A stretch of 64,000 nt of DNA from positions 16,430,001-16,494,000 of the forward strand of contig CATNEN010000001.1 in the NCBI GenBank assembly GCA_950097015.1, given 5' to 3'. This document shows, in pieces, positions 49,991-62,612 of this stretch. The stretch is from Macrostomum hystrix. Lineage: Eukaryota > Animalia > Platyhelminthes. How positions within the stretch are numbered: position 1 is the stretch's first letter; each line of letters starts with the position of its first letter. Below the pieces are notes generated by a model. The model saw nothing but the letters and a program-made list of their open reading frames with translations. It did not search any database and was not told the DNA's origin. The position numbers were made by a program, and so were the translations under genes.

Positions 49991-51464
49991 ATGGCTGAAT
50001 TCTTAAGCTGCCCCATCTGTGTGGAAGAAAATAAACAACACGTTCCAAGGTCGGACAACTTGCGCAAGCATTTATTAGGAGTTCATAAGTTAAACATGGA
50101 GTCAACAGAGTTAGGATTAGAAATATAAGCTCAGTCAGCTTATATTTCTTTAGTTTAGCGATTTTAATCCTAACTCTGTTGACTCCGACTGAGCTTTTTA
50201 TGTGCCCTACATGTGACTATGTGGGCACAAGGGACTCCCTACGAATGCATTTAAAAGCAAAACATAACGATAAGATGCCGCAGCTCGACGACGCGCAAAA
50301 AATGCTGAAAAATACATTTCTATGTGCAGAGATTTTTTGCGCAATTGCTGCATGGGCCAGGTGCCTGGGCATCCCAGGCATATATTTTAAATATATGCCA
50401 ATACGAGAAGTGCATACATTTTAAAAGTGGTGTATATAAAGTAACAATTTTGTTGTACGAACTGCGTACAAGAAGCGTGGAGGCAAGTAAGATTAGGCAC
50501 TAGTGTTTGTAAAACAATTTCAAAACAACTTCCCCCGTATCCAGGCTGCGGAACGTCCAAAAAGCTCCACAAATGAGCATGCCAGCAAACGGCCAATGGC
50601 AAGTATTTCGGTTCTGCAAACCATTATTCCAATGATTTTTATACTTTATATAATTTTCTGAAAGCCTGTAGTAACACTTTTTAGAATCAAAATAAATAAA
50701 TATTGTAATTGGTCGCGTTCGGCCTCGGCCTCACTTCAGCGGCCACCGCGTTAGGCCTCGGCCTCAAAAAGTACAACCACTGCCACAACGGTGCCGAAGG
50801 TGCCAGAGGAGTACTCAAATAGTACGAGCAACGTACAACCGGCCGTGGACCTGATCATGAAGCGGTGTGTCACAATATTTACGTCATTCCTAAAGAATTT
50901 ATCAGACAGTAAATTTTATGTATTATTATGTCAGAAAGTCTAATATTATTTCGCGTAGTAAGTTTTTCAGGAAGGGCACAAGTCTTAGTAATCACGTTCA
51001 GATCAATACTTGTAACAGGAAGTTTTTAATAAAAAGTATTCAGAACGCGATCATTAAGATTTTCAAGGCCAAGAACTTGTAACTAGATCTTGATCTTAAA
51101 TTTGGTTTCTTATATAACGCTTTTCCGTATTGGTGCATTTAATGTTTAATTTTCTTTCATTTAGGATGTCAAGACCCTTGCGTGCAGAACGCACTATATT
51201 TTGCTGAATTCTGCGCAAAGTGATCTGGCGCGTAAGGTTCAGTACGCTACAAGGGAATCCATAAATTGGACAGAAGAGGACAAATATAGATTTCTACGAG
51301 CTCTTAAAAGATTCGGCAAAGAATTTGCTCGAATCGCCGCCGCCATCCCTAGCAAGACGGTGGCGGAATGCGTCTCCTTTTATTATAGCTCGAAGTATGA
51401 GCTATACTTCAAGGAGTTGTACGCCGCCAAGAAGCGAGCAGCCAGGCGGAAGCGGCGAAGCTAG
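49991..51464 (+). pseudogene. Decayed C2H2 zinc-finger gene, copy 2, probably spliced to a terminal SANT/Myb exon (51165-51464)
   Basis: MAEFLSCPIC...RSDNLRKHLLGVH and CPTCDYVGTRDSLRMHLKAKH. WTEEDKYRFLRALKRFGKEFARIAAAIPSKTVAECVSFYY is a clear SANT motif after a TTTAG acceptor. Linkage of the exons is inferred. Confidence 0.65.
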
Positions 51465-52324
51465 CTAACCCGGATCTGCTGCTGCAGCATCCCGATCAGC
51501 TGGGCGAATTGATGCAGAATTAGTTGCAGATTCAGCAGCAGCAGATTCAGCAGCAGCAACCGTACCAGCAGTACCAAAACTGAAACTGAAACCTAAATTC
51601 ATTTACTTCATAATATCGAATATACTAAAAATGAAATGGTTGCTTGCTTGCTTGTAATTGATTTTCTCCCGAACGGCTCAACCGATTTTCACCATTTCTT
51701 CACCAAAATATGCGAAATATGGGGACAATTTTACACGTATTTTTATTAAGCTTAACTTCATTGTTAAGGGGATTAAATATTCGAAAAACTGTTTTAGATA
51801 GGATTTTTAATGCATTACATCAGAGCCAGTTTTGTCAATGTGCGTTCCGCTGCCAATTTTAATGATTGCATCAGGGCCAGTTTTGTTAATAGTGAGTACA
51901 CTGATAAGAATTTCACTGTGTCAAATGTACATAGCTATGTCAACCCCACTGGCGAGACAGTCAGTGCGAATTTATAAATAGATTACATCACAGCTTTTCT
52001 CACCCGTGTGTGTGTGTGTGTGTTTGATTTGAATAGGTAAAATGTGCATAGCAGACTTCAATTCAACGATATATTGAGACATCTACTCCTTTCTCAAATC
52101 TTTAATCTTAATCTTTAAATCATCAAATCTTTACCAAATCTTCATCAAATCTTAAATGTCCAACAGTCGAAATTCGACTAGCTTGTGTAAAACGACACTT
52201 ACTATCCACCTGACCGGTCTGTGAGTCGACCTCGACGGCCGAAACCGTTAGGGCGGCGAGCCCGACAGCTCCCAGAAGCAGTAGCAATAGCCACGATGAC
52301 AGTCGCATTCTATTTTTTAATGTC

Positions 52325-52919
52325 CTACAGTTTTCTACATGTGTTTACCAGTATTCTAAATGTGTTTACCAGTATTCTAAATGTGTTTAACAGTATTCTA
52401 AATGTGTTTACCAGTATTCTAAATGTGTTTATCAGTATTCTAAATGTGTTTACCAGTATTCTAAATGTGTTTACCAGTATTCTAAATGTGTTTAACAGTT
52501 TTCGAAATATGTTTACCAGTATTCTAAATGTGTTTAACAGTTTTCTAAATGTGTTTACCAGTTTTATAAATGTGTTTGCTAGTATTCTAAATGTGTTTAC
52601 CAGTATTCTAAATGTGTTTAACAGTTTTCTAAAAGTGTTTACCAGTATTCTAAATGTGTTTACCAGTATTCTAAATGTGTTTACCAGTATTCTAAATGTG
52701 TTTACCAGTATTCTAAAAGTGTTTATCAGTATTCTAAATGTTTTTACCAGTATTCTAAATGTTTTTAACAGTATTCTAAACGTGTTTACCAGTATTCTAA
52801 AAGTGTTTACCAGTATTCTAAATGTCTTTACCAGTATTCTAAATGTTTACCAGTATTCTAAATGTGTTTACCAGTATTCTAAATATGTTTGCCAGTATTC
52901 TAAATGTGTTTACCAGTAT
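52325..52919. repeat. 21-bp minisatellite (GTGTTTACCAGTATTCTAAAT)n
   Basis: About 28 copies, ~710 bp inside the 5' TC end; source of the spurious VFTSILN ORF. Confidence 0.95.
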
Positions 52920-55900
52920 CACATCACAACATGGGGCCGCTGCTTGCCGACACCTCAGCCGTGCCGCATGGCTGGCAGGTGTACTTCATGGACCGCGAGC
53001 TGGAAAGCCGCCTGAGCCTCAGCCAGAAGGTGAAGCCGCAGCTGCTGGAGCTGCTGCAAACTGTACTGCACGAGTGCAACGGCTATGTGCAGAGCCTGCG
53101 AGCTGCTGCTCAGCGGATCAGTGGCGACCCTGAGCTGGGAGATGCGCGAATTGTGATTCACCCGGACCGAAGACCAGCTGGGGAACACATTCGGTGAGTG
53201 AGCTGTGTTATGGAGCTGCTCTTTGGGATAAACCTGGGATAAATCTGTTGCATTATGTGAAATACCTGCGGCACCAATTCAATTTCCTGTTCAATCCCAG
53301 GCGTTACAATCTCCCTACTGCCAATGAGGTTGGCATCCTGGTTGTCGGTGGTTCCGAGGACGCACCGACAAGTCGTGACGTTGTGATCCGACTGCGCGGA
53401 GGCGAAGTTTAGCGCATTTCCGAGACGCACCGGTCCTATGACCCTCTGGAGTACGTGCTGCTGTTCCCGAATGGCGAGGACGGTTGGCACCCGGAGCTGC
53501 AGATGGCGAATGGGCGGAAGCTGACGCCCATGAAGTACTACGCCAGCGAAATCATGGTGAGAGGTGGCCAGTTTAACGTGCTGCATTACAGCAGGCGCCT
53601 CTTCCAGCAGTACCTGGTAGACATGGCTGCCAAGATCGAGTCCGAGAGGCTGCTGTACCTGCGCACTCATCAGAACGATTTGCGCAGCGAGACATACAGC
53701 GGCCTACGAGACACTCTGTTCGCTGCTGATGGCAGGAGCACCGAGAGAGACCCCAATGAGATTGGTAAGCCTGCCCATGTGTACCTGTCTTCCAGCTTTG
53801 TTGGTGGACCCAGGTACCTGATGGAGCGACTGCAGGATGCAATGGCCTACGTGCACAAGTTCGGCAAGCCGGACCTGTTTGTCACAGCCACGTGCAACCC
53901 GAAGTGGCCGGAAATCAGCGTGCAGCTGCTGCCCGGTCAGCGGGCTGAGGACCGCCCGGACATTGTGACTCGAGTCTTTGAGCTGAAGAAAAAGGCTCTG
54001 CTTGAAGTGCTCAGGAAGCGCTTTGGCAAGGAGGCTGCGCATGTGTGCTCCTTGGAGTACCAGAAGCGCGGTGAGTGAAAGCAGATTTTCATACAGTATT
54101 GACAACCTGGATTAACAAATTCATGGACTTTTTGCCAACTCGCCTCAGGCCTTCCCCATGTGCACTTCCTGCTCTGGCTGGCGAACGGGAGTCGAGTCAC
54201 CCCGGATCGCTACGATGCCAACGTGTCTGCGGAGATCCCAGACCCACAGCGGCAGCCAGTGCTGCACGAGCTGGTCAAGACCAACATGATCCACGGGCCG
54301 TGTGGCGAGCTGAACCCGGCCTGCCCTTGCATGGAGAACGGCAAGTGCAGCAAGAGCTTCCCGAAGGACTTCCAGCCGGTGACGCTGACGAGCGACAGTG
54401 GCTATCCGTTCTACAGGAGGCGCTCCCCTGAGATGGGAGGCTTCACGGTGGACAAACTGTTCAAGGGTCGCAGCATCCGAATGGACAACAGGTGAGTCAG
54501 TAGCTGCGTGGCCATAGTGTTTCTGTGCTCTGCAAGCCGCTTCTTCCGTCCAATCACCAGGTGGGTGGTGCCATACAACCCTGACCTGCTGCTCCAGTTC
54601 GCGTGCCATTTGAACGTTGAAGTTTGCGCCACTGTCAAGTCTGTGAAGTACGTGATCAAGAACTTAATGAAGAATGGCGACATGGCTGTTTTCAAAGTCG
54701 CTGCCACCGCAGGAGCTGCTGAATCTCAGCCGAGTGCTCCTCCTGAGAGGCAGGCGAAGTCACGGGATGAAATATCCGAGTACCTGTCTGCACGCTACAT
54801 TGGTCCGATGGAAGCTGTAAACACCATCCTGGCCTTTGAGGTAATTGCTCTGCTGTGATGTAGCTGTGATTTTAGCACTGAATTTAGTCTTGGCGGTCAC
54901 TCTGATGCTCAAAAAATATACTCACCTTTGCCCAGGTGCACAACAGGTTTCCGGCGGTCATCCGACTTTGCGTGCACAAGACGGAAGAGCAGCTTGTGTA
55001 CTTCAACGAGCAGACCGCGGGCGACAGAGCAAAGGTGCCACGAGACTCGACACTGACGGCCTTCTTCAAGCTGTGCCGCACTGACGAGTTTGCCCGCCTG
55101 CTGCTCTACACAGAGGTGCCCGGCTACTTCGTGTGGCACCCGAGTGCGAGAGAGTGGCGTCGAGCCAAGCAGGGCGCCAATGTCGAAGGACATCCCGGCG
55201 TGAAGCGCAACACCAACATTGCGCGGATGTACACGGTCAGTCCCAGGGCTGGTGACCTGTACTACCTGCGGCTGTTGCTGCTGCACGTGCGAGGACCGAC
55301 CAGCTTCGAGTCGCTGCAGACCGTGGCCGGCGTGCTTTGTGCCAGCGACAAGGCCGCCTGCATGGCTCTCGGCTTGCTGCAGCGCGATGATCACTGGCAT
55401 CGCTGCATGATTGAGGCTGTCCAGAGCCGAATGCCGCGAGCTCTGAGGCACCTGCTGGCTGTCGTCCTCATCTGGGGCGAGCCAGACGACGGCGCTGATC
55501 TGTGGAGCAGCTTTGCAGAGGATCTCTGCGAAGACCTGCGCTTCCACCACCCGGACCTGAGCGCCGAGGAAGTCAGTGACCTGGCTCTGCGGGAGCTGCA
55601 GAGCATGCTGACGTCAATGGGCGGCCGCAGTCTGCAAGAGTACGGACTGCCTGCTGCCTCTGCAATGCCGCAAGTCGGGCCGCTGCAGTTTGACACGGTC
55701 GAACAGGCGGAGATCACCGAGATGCGGCTGCCAATGCTCACGGCCGAGCAGATGGCCACCTACGAGGCTGTGACTGCGGATCTTGTCGCTGGCTCGGGCG
55801 GCCTGCATTTCCTTGACGCTCCTGCAGGCACTGGCAAGACCTTCCTGCTGGAGGTTTTGCTGGCGTTTGTGCGGAGTCGAGGGGAAGTCGCCCTGGCTGT

Positions 55901-56765
55901 TGCGTCGTCTGGAATCGCAGCCACCCTGCTGCCGGGTGGACAGACGGCACATTCAACGTGAGTTTTCTGGTGGAACTGGAATGCCTTTTTCGTGTTCTAC
56001 CCAGACCATTCAGTCCCCATCAATATTTTTGTTAGGTTCAAGATCCCAGTGCAGCTGGTTCGCTCTGACAAGGACGTGTGTTCTATCCGAGCGCAGTCTA
56101 AACAGGCCGCAGTCTTTCGCACTGTGCGGCTGATCGTATGGGACGAGATCTCCATGACAAACCGCAAGGACCTGGAGGCTGTCGACCGCAGTCTGCGAGA
56201 CCTGCGGAAGCAGGACTGCCCATTCGACGGAATCGTCGTGGTGTGCTCTGGAGACTTTCGCCAGCTGCTGCCGGTGGTGAAAAATGGCACACGCGCTAAC
56301 AACATCCTGGCGTGTGTGAGCAAGTCCCCGCTGTGGTCTTTGTTTCAGAGGCACCGCCTTTCCAAGAACATCCGGCTGCAGAGTTGTGCTGATGCTGAGC
56401 TGTACCATCGCTATATGCAGCTGCTCATGCAGGTAAGTTTTGCTATTGCTGCTTGTAGGAGTAGATCACATGTGTAGCCTGCGATTCTCTTGCATTTTCC
56501 TGCCCATTCCACACAGATTGGCTCTGGGTTGGCTGATCAGTCGGATGACACCGTCCGCCTTCCTGCCGAGATTGTCATTTCGGCGGAGGCGCCGCTATCC
56601 GAGCTGATCCGGTTCGTGTACCCTTCGTTCGAGGCGTCAGAGGAGCGCGATAGCTACTTTGCCAGCCGAGCCATCCTGGCGCCCTACAACGATGCGGTTG
56701 ACGCGATCAACAACGAGTGCCTGGCCATGTTCCCAGGCCAACTGCGCGAGTATCGCTCGGTGGCT
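52920..56765 (+). pseudogene. Helitron RepHel copy C, truncated at both ends (exons ..53193, 53301-54070, 54149-54491, 54561-54840, 54936-55957, 56036-56432, 56517..)
   Basis: Same intron positions as copy A. Stop at 53410-53412. Rep motif 3 is KYVIKN instead of KYVIKY. The helicase breaks off after EYRSV. Confidence 0.93.
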
Positions 56766-56965
56766 GAGCTGGATTGGAATGGTAGAATATGCAATACGGA
56801 ATATATCTGGAAAATTCCAGAAACGAGTAAGCCCCTTAAAACCCGTGAGTCTAGCGCAGACATGCTGAACTGGTATTTAAAGTTGAAAGTTTCATACCCA
56901 AGACTAGAGAGACAGACGATCAACAGCAACAACAGAACAGCAGCATTCAACAGAACAACAGAGAA

Positions 56966-57331
56966 ATGCATATCAACAATTACTTCAACAGCGGCGGGCC
57001 AGGGCGAGGCGGCCGACGTCGCACCGGACCCCGGGGCGGTCCAGCCGCTGGATGTTATTTCTGCGGTGGGCCGCACCGGGTCATCCGGTGCGACCGTATG
57101 AGGGCTCTCGGCCTGGCCCTCCAGCAGCAGGAGCAGCAGCCGCCACCGCAGCAGCAGCAGCCGGCACCGCAGCAGCAGCAGCCGCCACCGCAGCGGCAGC
57201 AGCAGCAGCCGGCAACGCAGCAGCAGCATCAAGAGCGGAATATAACAGCCGCGGTTGCCCGGATGGGCCTGACGGCCGAAACAGTTCCGCCGCCTCCACC
57301 GCCGCCGCCGGCTGCCGGAAGGAAGAAATGA
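56966..57331 (+). CDS. Small Arg/Gly-rich / zinc-knuckle / polyQ-P protein, copy 4 (121 aa)
   Basis: MHINNYFNSGGPGRGGRRR..CYFCGGPHRVIRC..QQQPPPQQQ. Confidence 0.78.
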   Translation: MHINNYFNSGGPGRGGRRRTGPRGGPAAGCYFCGGPHRVIRCDRMRALGLALQQQEQQPPPQQQQPAPQQQQPPPQRQQQQPATQQQHQERNITAAVARMGLTAETVPPPPPPPPAAGRKK

Positions 57332-58169
57332 GTGAGATGAAATGAAATGAGAAGATAAAAGTTCCGCCGCCTCCACCGCCGTCGCCATCTGCCGGAAAGA
57401 AGAAATGAGTGAGATGAAATGAAATGAGAAGATAAATACAAATATACAATTATGATGTATAATGATCTATAACTAAGATTGGAAATCATATTCCTTGATT
57501 GGAAACAAGGAATTATTGTCGTTTCTTTTTTTGCCGCTTCGTTCATATCGACATTACGTATAATTTACCGCTTTGTTTAAAGATTCTTTCATGTCGACAT
57601 TACGTATAAGTAGTACTTGCTCTCCTCCGTGTCTAGATTTAATTCGGTTTAAGAGACCTCTTGAGACAGCTCAATGAGAATTATTGTGCCTTGTTTTCAA
57701 GGTGAAATTTGAACAGAGAAAGTCAATAGGAGAAAGCATTAAAACTCTACTGTTGACCACTTGTGAAAAGTACTGGAAGCAAAAAAAACACACTTTGCTA
57801 GCAATTCAAGAAACAAAGAACAAAGAAGTCATTTATGTACTTCAAGTTAATTATAGTCAGCTATTTGACAAAAGTATATAACCCAGACAGACAGAGTGAT
57901 AGACAGACAGACTATAGCGCATTAAGTTTAGTGTGTGTTGCTTCTCGGTTTGATGTCTCACTCTTCTTCTTTCGATCGGCTGGCCGGTTCGGGCCGGTTC
58001 CGATTTTGCTGTCAGGCCGGGTCGTGTTTGCGCTGAAATGAATGGGTGGGTTTCGGGGCGTGTCCACATCTAACCTATCTGCTTTCAGTTGCTTGGCCTC
58101 TAGGCTATTGCTATTTTTAGCCTACCTCCTAGAGCTCTCTCGAGTTCCTTTCAGATTTATAAGTCTTAT

Positions 58170-58520
<351 letters not shown>

Positions 58521-58984
58521 AATGGACATATACATATATACGAGTATATTGGTATATTAGATAATACGTGGAGCAGTGAGTCACGCCCATAAAGCATATA
58601 GCACATTTACACTCCGTAAATGATAGCCGTACCCAACGGTGGGTACGGCTCAGTGACTCATTGGAATTTCAGAGGCGGGTTAGACTTTTGAAAATGGATA
58701 GTTTCGTCAAACGTAAGCCGACTGGAATACCCTAGGGATTACAGCCATTGCAAAATTGGTTTTGAATTGAATAGCAGTTCAGTAAGCGTGATTCAGCAGT
58801 CGACCATTTTTTCAACCAATCAGAATTTGGGGACACACAAACCGACCCTGTGAATATAAGTCACAACGCAGGCTTTCATATGGGAACTCCTAACTACTCA
58901 GCTAGACTCAAAGTAAGTTTAAGTTACATTATTTACATTTGTACTTTGATATTGTCGCTTATTTTTCCTTCTATCTCACTTACC

Positions 58985-60115
58985 ATGGCTTCCTACAACG
59001 GCAACAACGAGCACAAGCGGCCGAAGCTGATGATCGAAGGTTTGCGCCTCGGCTGGATGTCAGCCGCGATTACTGGCGAAGTGTCTGGCCAGACGACTGC
59101 CATTAGGAACTTCAATAGCACTAGAGGGCCAGGCCAGGTGTTTTCATTCATCCTTGTCGACAGCACTGCCGAGATTCGCGTCTGTGTTTTCGGCAAAGAC
59201 CTGCAGGAGCTGCATGTCGTCTGCAGGGCGGGCCAGGCTGTCCGCATTGCCGGAGGCGAGGTGAAGATGGCGGCCGCTCAATTCAACACCGCGGACAACA
59301 AGTTCGAAATTGTTGTGTCTGTCGACTCGAGAGGCAGCATTTATCGCAGCAACGAAGTTGTTGAACCGCGTGCACCCGTGTTTACGCCGATTTCAGAACT
59401 CGAGTCCGTGGAGTCGAACAAGTAGGCGTCATGATTTTCATACATTTTTGGGTTTTATACTAAAAAATGGAACTCGTGCAATGCGGGAATAAAAGACTGA
59501 TATTTGAGTAATCAATACCACCAATTCCACAGGCACGTCAGTGTACGCGGTGCAATCGCGTCGATTCAGCCGGAAAGAGAAGTCACGAAGCGAGACGGAT
59601 CTACGGTTACCCTCACAAAGGTGAAGCTGGTAGACGCTTCAAAGTCAACGGTGGAATGCGCCTTCTGGGGAGCCTCGACCTCCCAGGTGGCCGACTGGTC
59701 GGTTGGCGACGTTCTAGAAGTGCAGAGAGCAACGGCCCAGCGGTTTTCTGGACTTGTCAACCTGAGTTGCAAGGAAGCCAAGAAATGTGATGCCACATCA
59801 TGGCCAGAACTGCGGAGCCTGGTTGATTCGTCGGACTCAACCCAGGAGGATTTCTGTCCCGTGATGGCATCACAGCAGGCAAATTCTGAGCGGCACCGGC
59901 CGACACCGCAGCAGTCGAGGTCGGAAATCGTCATGGACTATCCCCGGAATTTCTACGAAGCGTACAGCAGTGTGCAGCAGCTCCGGCTTCGCTTTGAGGG
60001 CTTGGAGATAGTTTACACGCAGAGCAACCAGGAGCAGGCACATGTACAACCGCAGACCAGCACGCCAGAACCAAGCTTCCAGACTCATGATGCTGATAAG
60101 AATTCAAATGAGTGA
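58985..60115 (+). CDS. RPA70-like two-OB-fold protein, copy 4, apparently intact (exons 58985-59421 and 59533-60115; 339 aa)
   Basis: GQVFSFILVDSTAEIRVCVFG and LVDASKSTVECAFWG. Intron 1 is at the conserved phase-2 position; there is no intron 2. Confidence 0.87.
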
Positions 60116-61937
60116 GTAAATCGGGACAGACTTAAAATTCAATTGTGTTCTTGATTGTATTATTAAAGTCACATGGAGTCTCAGTGAAGTATTTTCGCCC
60201 GGATGATTCACTGAGTAAATCCTACTATTTAAGGGTAGGTCGCTGCAAATCAGATTATGGGCTGACAGAGAGTCTGTGAACTGTACATATCAGCTGCTTT
60301 ATGTACTGCTGGAGGTTCCAAACTCTGATAAATGGGATTTGCAGCTGGCGAGCTCTGAAGCAGCTATTATGCAGAGCTGGTGAAAGTGACTTTGTGTGTA
60401 ATGGTGGCTGCATGAATGTTCCATTGCCTATACCCAATGCATGCAACTATCGCAGTGAAGCGAGTCAGGCAGTAGTCAGAATGACTTGAGTTATCAGTGC
60501 CTCTGTTGCACCAGTCTCTGACTACTGCTTGATGGTTTTACCTGCTTAATCGACAGTTCCTACTGCCCCATAACTGCTTTTTTAGTGCAATAATTACATG
60601 TTATTTTTTTAATAAAAAATATAATTGATTATAGTGCAAGGTAGCAATATTAACATTTTACAGTCCCTTTTACAGCAAGGGCAGATAAATGCATTATTTT
60701 TTTTATTTTAAAGATTCCTGAGTTCCTAACTTTTTGGTGCATATAAATAAATAAAATTGTATAAAATTAATTCCGGGTGCAGTTTGAAACTTATTGCATG
60801 CTCCGTTATATAAATTAAAACTATATTCATAATTAGGAAAAGAAAAGCTTAGACTAGCAAACAGTATGTAAAAAAACTAAAAAAGCACTGTCAGTTGGGC
60901 AGACGCTTGAGCAAAATGCATTATATATCTTTGGGTATACATGGCATTGTAGGCCAGATTGAAGGCTACTTTGTTTTCCAATTGACCCCAACAATTGTCA
61001 AGCATTTTGCATATGGAAGAGGAATAAAATGGTTCTATTCAGTAAAAGTGATTACTTTCTTGCACAAAATTACATGTTTTATATAAAATGGTATTTGATT
61101 CAAAATAATTTTTGACAATGTGAATGATGCATATGAGAAAAGAGAAGTCTGCTGATGAGTGTGACTAGAAAAGAGAGGGGGAATTTAGTATGATAATATA
61201 TATCCAGCTATATAAAGCCAGTGTTAGCTTTATTAAAAGCGTCAAAGGTCGAAGGATGTAGCTCCAGTTGCTTTTGCAAAGTCCATTCACAAGAAGATAG
61301 CTGCATTGAACTGACTCTTTAAGTCATTTATTATAATAATAGGGGCCTCATACAAGGGCAATAGTTGCAATGCTGAGCTACTTATTGTTTGGAACATTGC
61401 AGTCGCAGTTAGTACGATGAGCAGGGCTTAGAAATTCACTTACAAATGAAGAAAGTCAAAAATTTGTCTGGACGTGTATAAAACTGTAGTACACATGAGC
61501 AATACAAGCAACAAGAAAATCGGAATAGAGCAAGTCATTTCTCGGAAAGTCGCAATTTCGTGGAAAAAAATTTAATTTTATTTTTAGTTAATACTAAAAA
61601 AGTGCTCTCAACAGTTTCATGTATGAAATAAATAACATAATTTTTATCAAACACGTTGACATATGCAGGGCTCTAAATAAAGACACCGTAAAAAGTTGAT
61701 AGTTTTGTTTTACCTAAAATGCGTTATTAACGATCTCTAAAAATTCCTATTTTAAGCTTAAGCTTAAGAAAGAAACTTAAAGTACTCCTGCTAAAAGGTA
61801 TATAATAGACGAATTAAAAATATTTCTGCTCCCCGAAGGGGGGCAAAACTTGCTAGTAATTATCTATTGTTAATAATTTCATTTCATATAGTTAATAAAG
61901 TTAATAAAAATAAAGATAATAATAATAAATAATAAAT

Positions 61938-62612
61938 TCGATTGAAAATCAATCCAAAAACACTTCCTACGCGACTGAGTTGGTTTCATGATTTTAAACG
62001 ATTTCTAATCCATTTTATTAGGCTGGAATGTCACCTTGAAAAGTTGACGAAATACATGCGAAAACAATTCAAGTTAAGTTCTAGCCGATTGCTAGCTACT
62101 GTTTCCATACTCTGAGGTAGTATGTTTTCTAAACTATTTTTGGACGGGAAGTTTATTCCAGGTGGTCCGAGCTCGATGTCTTTTGTAAAAAAAGTTATGA
62201 CCATTTTCTTACTTTTTAGTAATTTTATCGACTATGAAGACTGTCAGTAGTATATGGCTGTCGTAGGTGTCCCAATAGATTTGAGCACAGTTTATCGAGT
62301 CGGATCCAATTGAAAATCAATCTAGAAATGATTTCCTACACGACTGAGTTGGTTTCATGATTTCAAATGATTTCTACTCGAACTTATTAACCTGGAAAGT
62401 CACCTAGAAAATTTGACAAAATACATGCGAAAACAATTCAAGTACCTAGCCGATTGCTAGCTACTGCTTCCATACTCTGAGGTAGTATGTTTTCTAAACT
62501 ATTTTGGACGGGAAGTTCATTCCAGGTGGTCCGAGCTCGATGTCTTGTAAAAAATTTTATGACCATTTTCTTACTTTTTAGTCATTTTTCGACTCTGGCT
62601 GTCAGTAGTATA
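61938..62612. repeat. ~360-bp tandem repeat, about 2 copies
   Basis: GTCAGTAGTATA recurs at 62243 and 62601; same family as 48257-48652. Confidence 0.82.

Noticed and set aside
52221-53015. 264-aa VFTSILN-repeat ORF
   Set aside because: Translation of the 21-bp minisatellite.
56490-57101. Helicase ORF with a novel C-terminus
   Set aside because: Read-through past the 56765 breakpoint into unrelated DNA.
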